From the IMG/VR virus record IMGVR_UViG_2700989366_000013: DNA of 6,972 nt. One strand, given 5' to 3'. Of the stretch, positions 6,261 to 6,972 are shown in pieces. The notes beneath the pieces were generated by a model that was not told where the DNA came from, did not search any database, and worked only from the letters and a program-made list of their open reading frames with translations. Position 1 is the stretch's first letter. Each line of letters opens with the position of its first letter. The position numbers were made by a program, and so were the translations under genes. Source of the stretch: a virus. Lineage: Duplodnaviria; Heunggongvirae; Uroviricota; Caudoviricetes.

Positions 6261-6567
6261 AGGGGTACGAATAAAGTAACGGGGGTTCTTTTATTCTGTT
6301 ATATTGCATTTTTATTCACTTCGGTTTTGTCAGGCTTGCGGAATTAGCGAGCAGAGAGCGCCGTTCTGTTCACCAATAATCTAAATTACTCATCAAAATG
6401 GCTAATATATAATCTTGAAATTATTCTGAGAGTTTCAGAAAATAACAGCTGAAATAATCTCGCGCAAGACTGTAAATAGATTAAATTTTGTGGAAATATA
6501 ATAAGTGATCGCTTACACTACGCGACGAAATACTTTTTTGTTTTGGCGTTAAAAGGTTTTCTTTATT

Positions 6568-6972
6568 ATGTCCGTAATGTTACAAAGTTTAAATAACATT
6601 CGCACCCTCCGTGCGATGGCTCGCGAATTCTCCATTGACGTTCTTGAAGAAATGCTCGAAAAATTCAGGGTTGTCACTAAAGAAAGACGTGAAGAAGAAG
6701 AACAGCAGCAGCGTGAACTGGCTGAGCGTCAGGAAAAAATTAGCACCTGGCTGGAGCTGATGAAGGCTGACGGAATTAACCCGGAAGAGTTATTGGGTAA
6801 TAGCTCTGCTGCTGCACCACGCGCTGGTAAAAAACGCCAGCCGCGTCCGGCGAAATATAAATTCACCGATGTTAACGGTGAAACTAAAACCTGGACCGGT
6901 CAGGGCCGTACACCGAAGCCAATTGCTCAGGCGCTGGCAGAAGGTAAATCTCTCGACGATTTCCTGATCTAA
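6568..6972 (+). CDS. stpA: StpA, H-NS-family nucleoid-associated DNA-binding protein and RNA chaperone
   Basis: 134-aa [36 protein letters not shown]...[27 protein letters not shown] matches E. coli StpA as recalled, including the H-NS C-terminal DNA-binding motif TWTGQGRTP. Preceded by an AT-rich regulatory region of about 280 bp (6290-6567). Complete, with stop at 6970-6972. Confidence 0.9.
   Translation: MSVMLQSLNNIRTLRAMAREFSIDVLEEMLEKFRVVTKERREEEEQQQRELAERQEKISTWLELMKADGINPEELLGNSSAAAPRAGKKRQPRPAKYKFTDVNGETKTWTGQGRTPKPIAQALAEGKSLDDFLI

Larger units (their letters stand above)
4838..6270 (-). mobile_element. IS110-family insertion sequence, IS110-group architecture; boundaries approximate (about +/-15 bp)
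   Basis: Single DEDD-transposase ORF with a long structured 5' non-coding end and a short 3' end. No terminal inverted repeats seen, as expected for this family. GC-rich relative to the AT-rich flanks. Ends inferred from the split promoter halves: TTGACA at 4846-4851 and TATAAT at 6255-6260, both read on the - strand. Confidence 0.6.

Overview
This window reads as the right-hand part of a degraded lambdoid prophage abutting a host H-NS-family gene, with an IS110-family insertion sequence in between. On the + strand there is a compact replication/nin-like/late-control block: a DnaB-family helicase (1-1392), a small coiled-coil ORF, the Holliday-junction resolvase RusA, and a Q-type late antiterminator, followed by a pR'-like promoter and intrinsic terminator. 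Next come an ORF6N-domain (antirepressor-like) gene and a tight cluster of four tRNA genes (Ile-CAU, Arg-UCU, Thr-UGU, Gly-UCC), all decoders of A-ending codons. No lysis or structural genes follow. Instead there is about 900 bp without a convincing ORF, carrying two + strand intrinsic terminators, then a roughly 1.4 kb IS110-family element on the - strand (398-aa DEDD transposase, 4857-6053). The 5' leader of that transposase (about 6060-6255) is GC-rich and structured, which is where IS110-group elements encode their bridge RNA. The window ends with a complete stpA-like gene (6568-6972). All calls rest on reading the sequence and recalled family motifs; no searches or folding programs were run.
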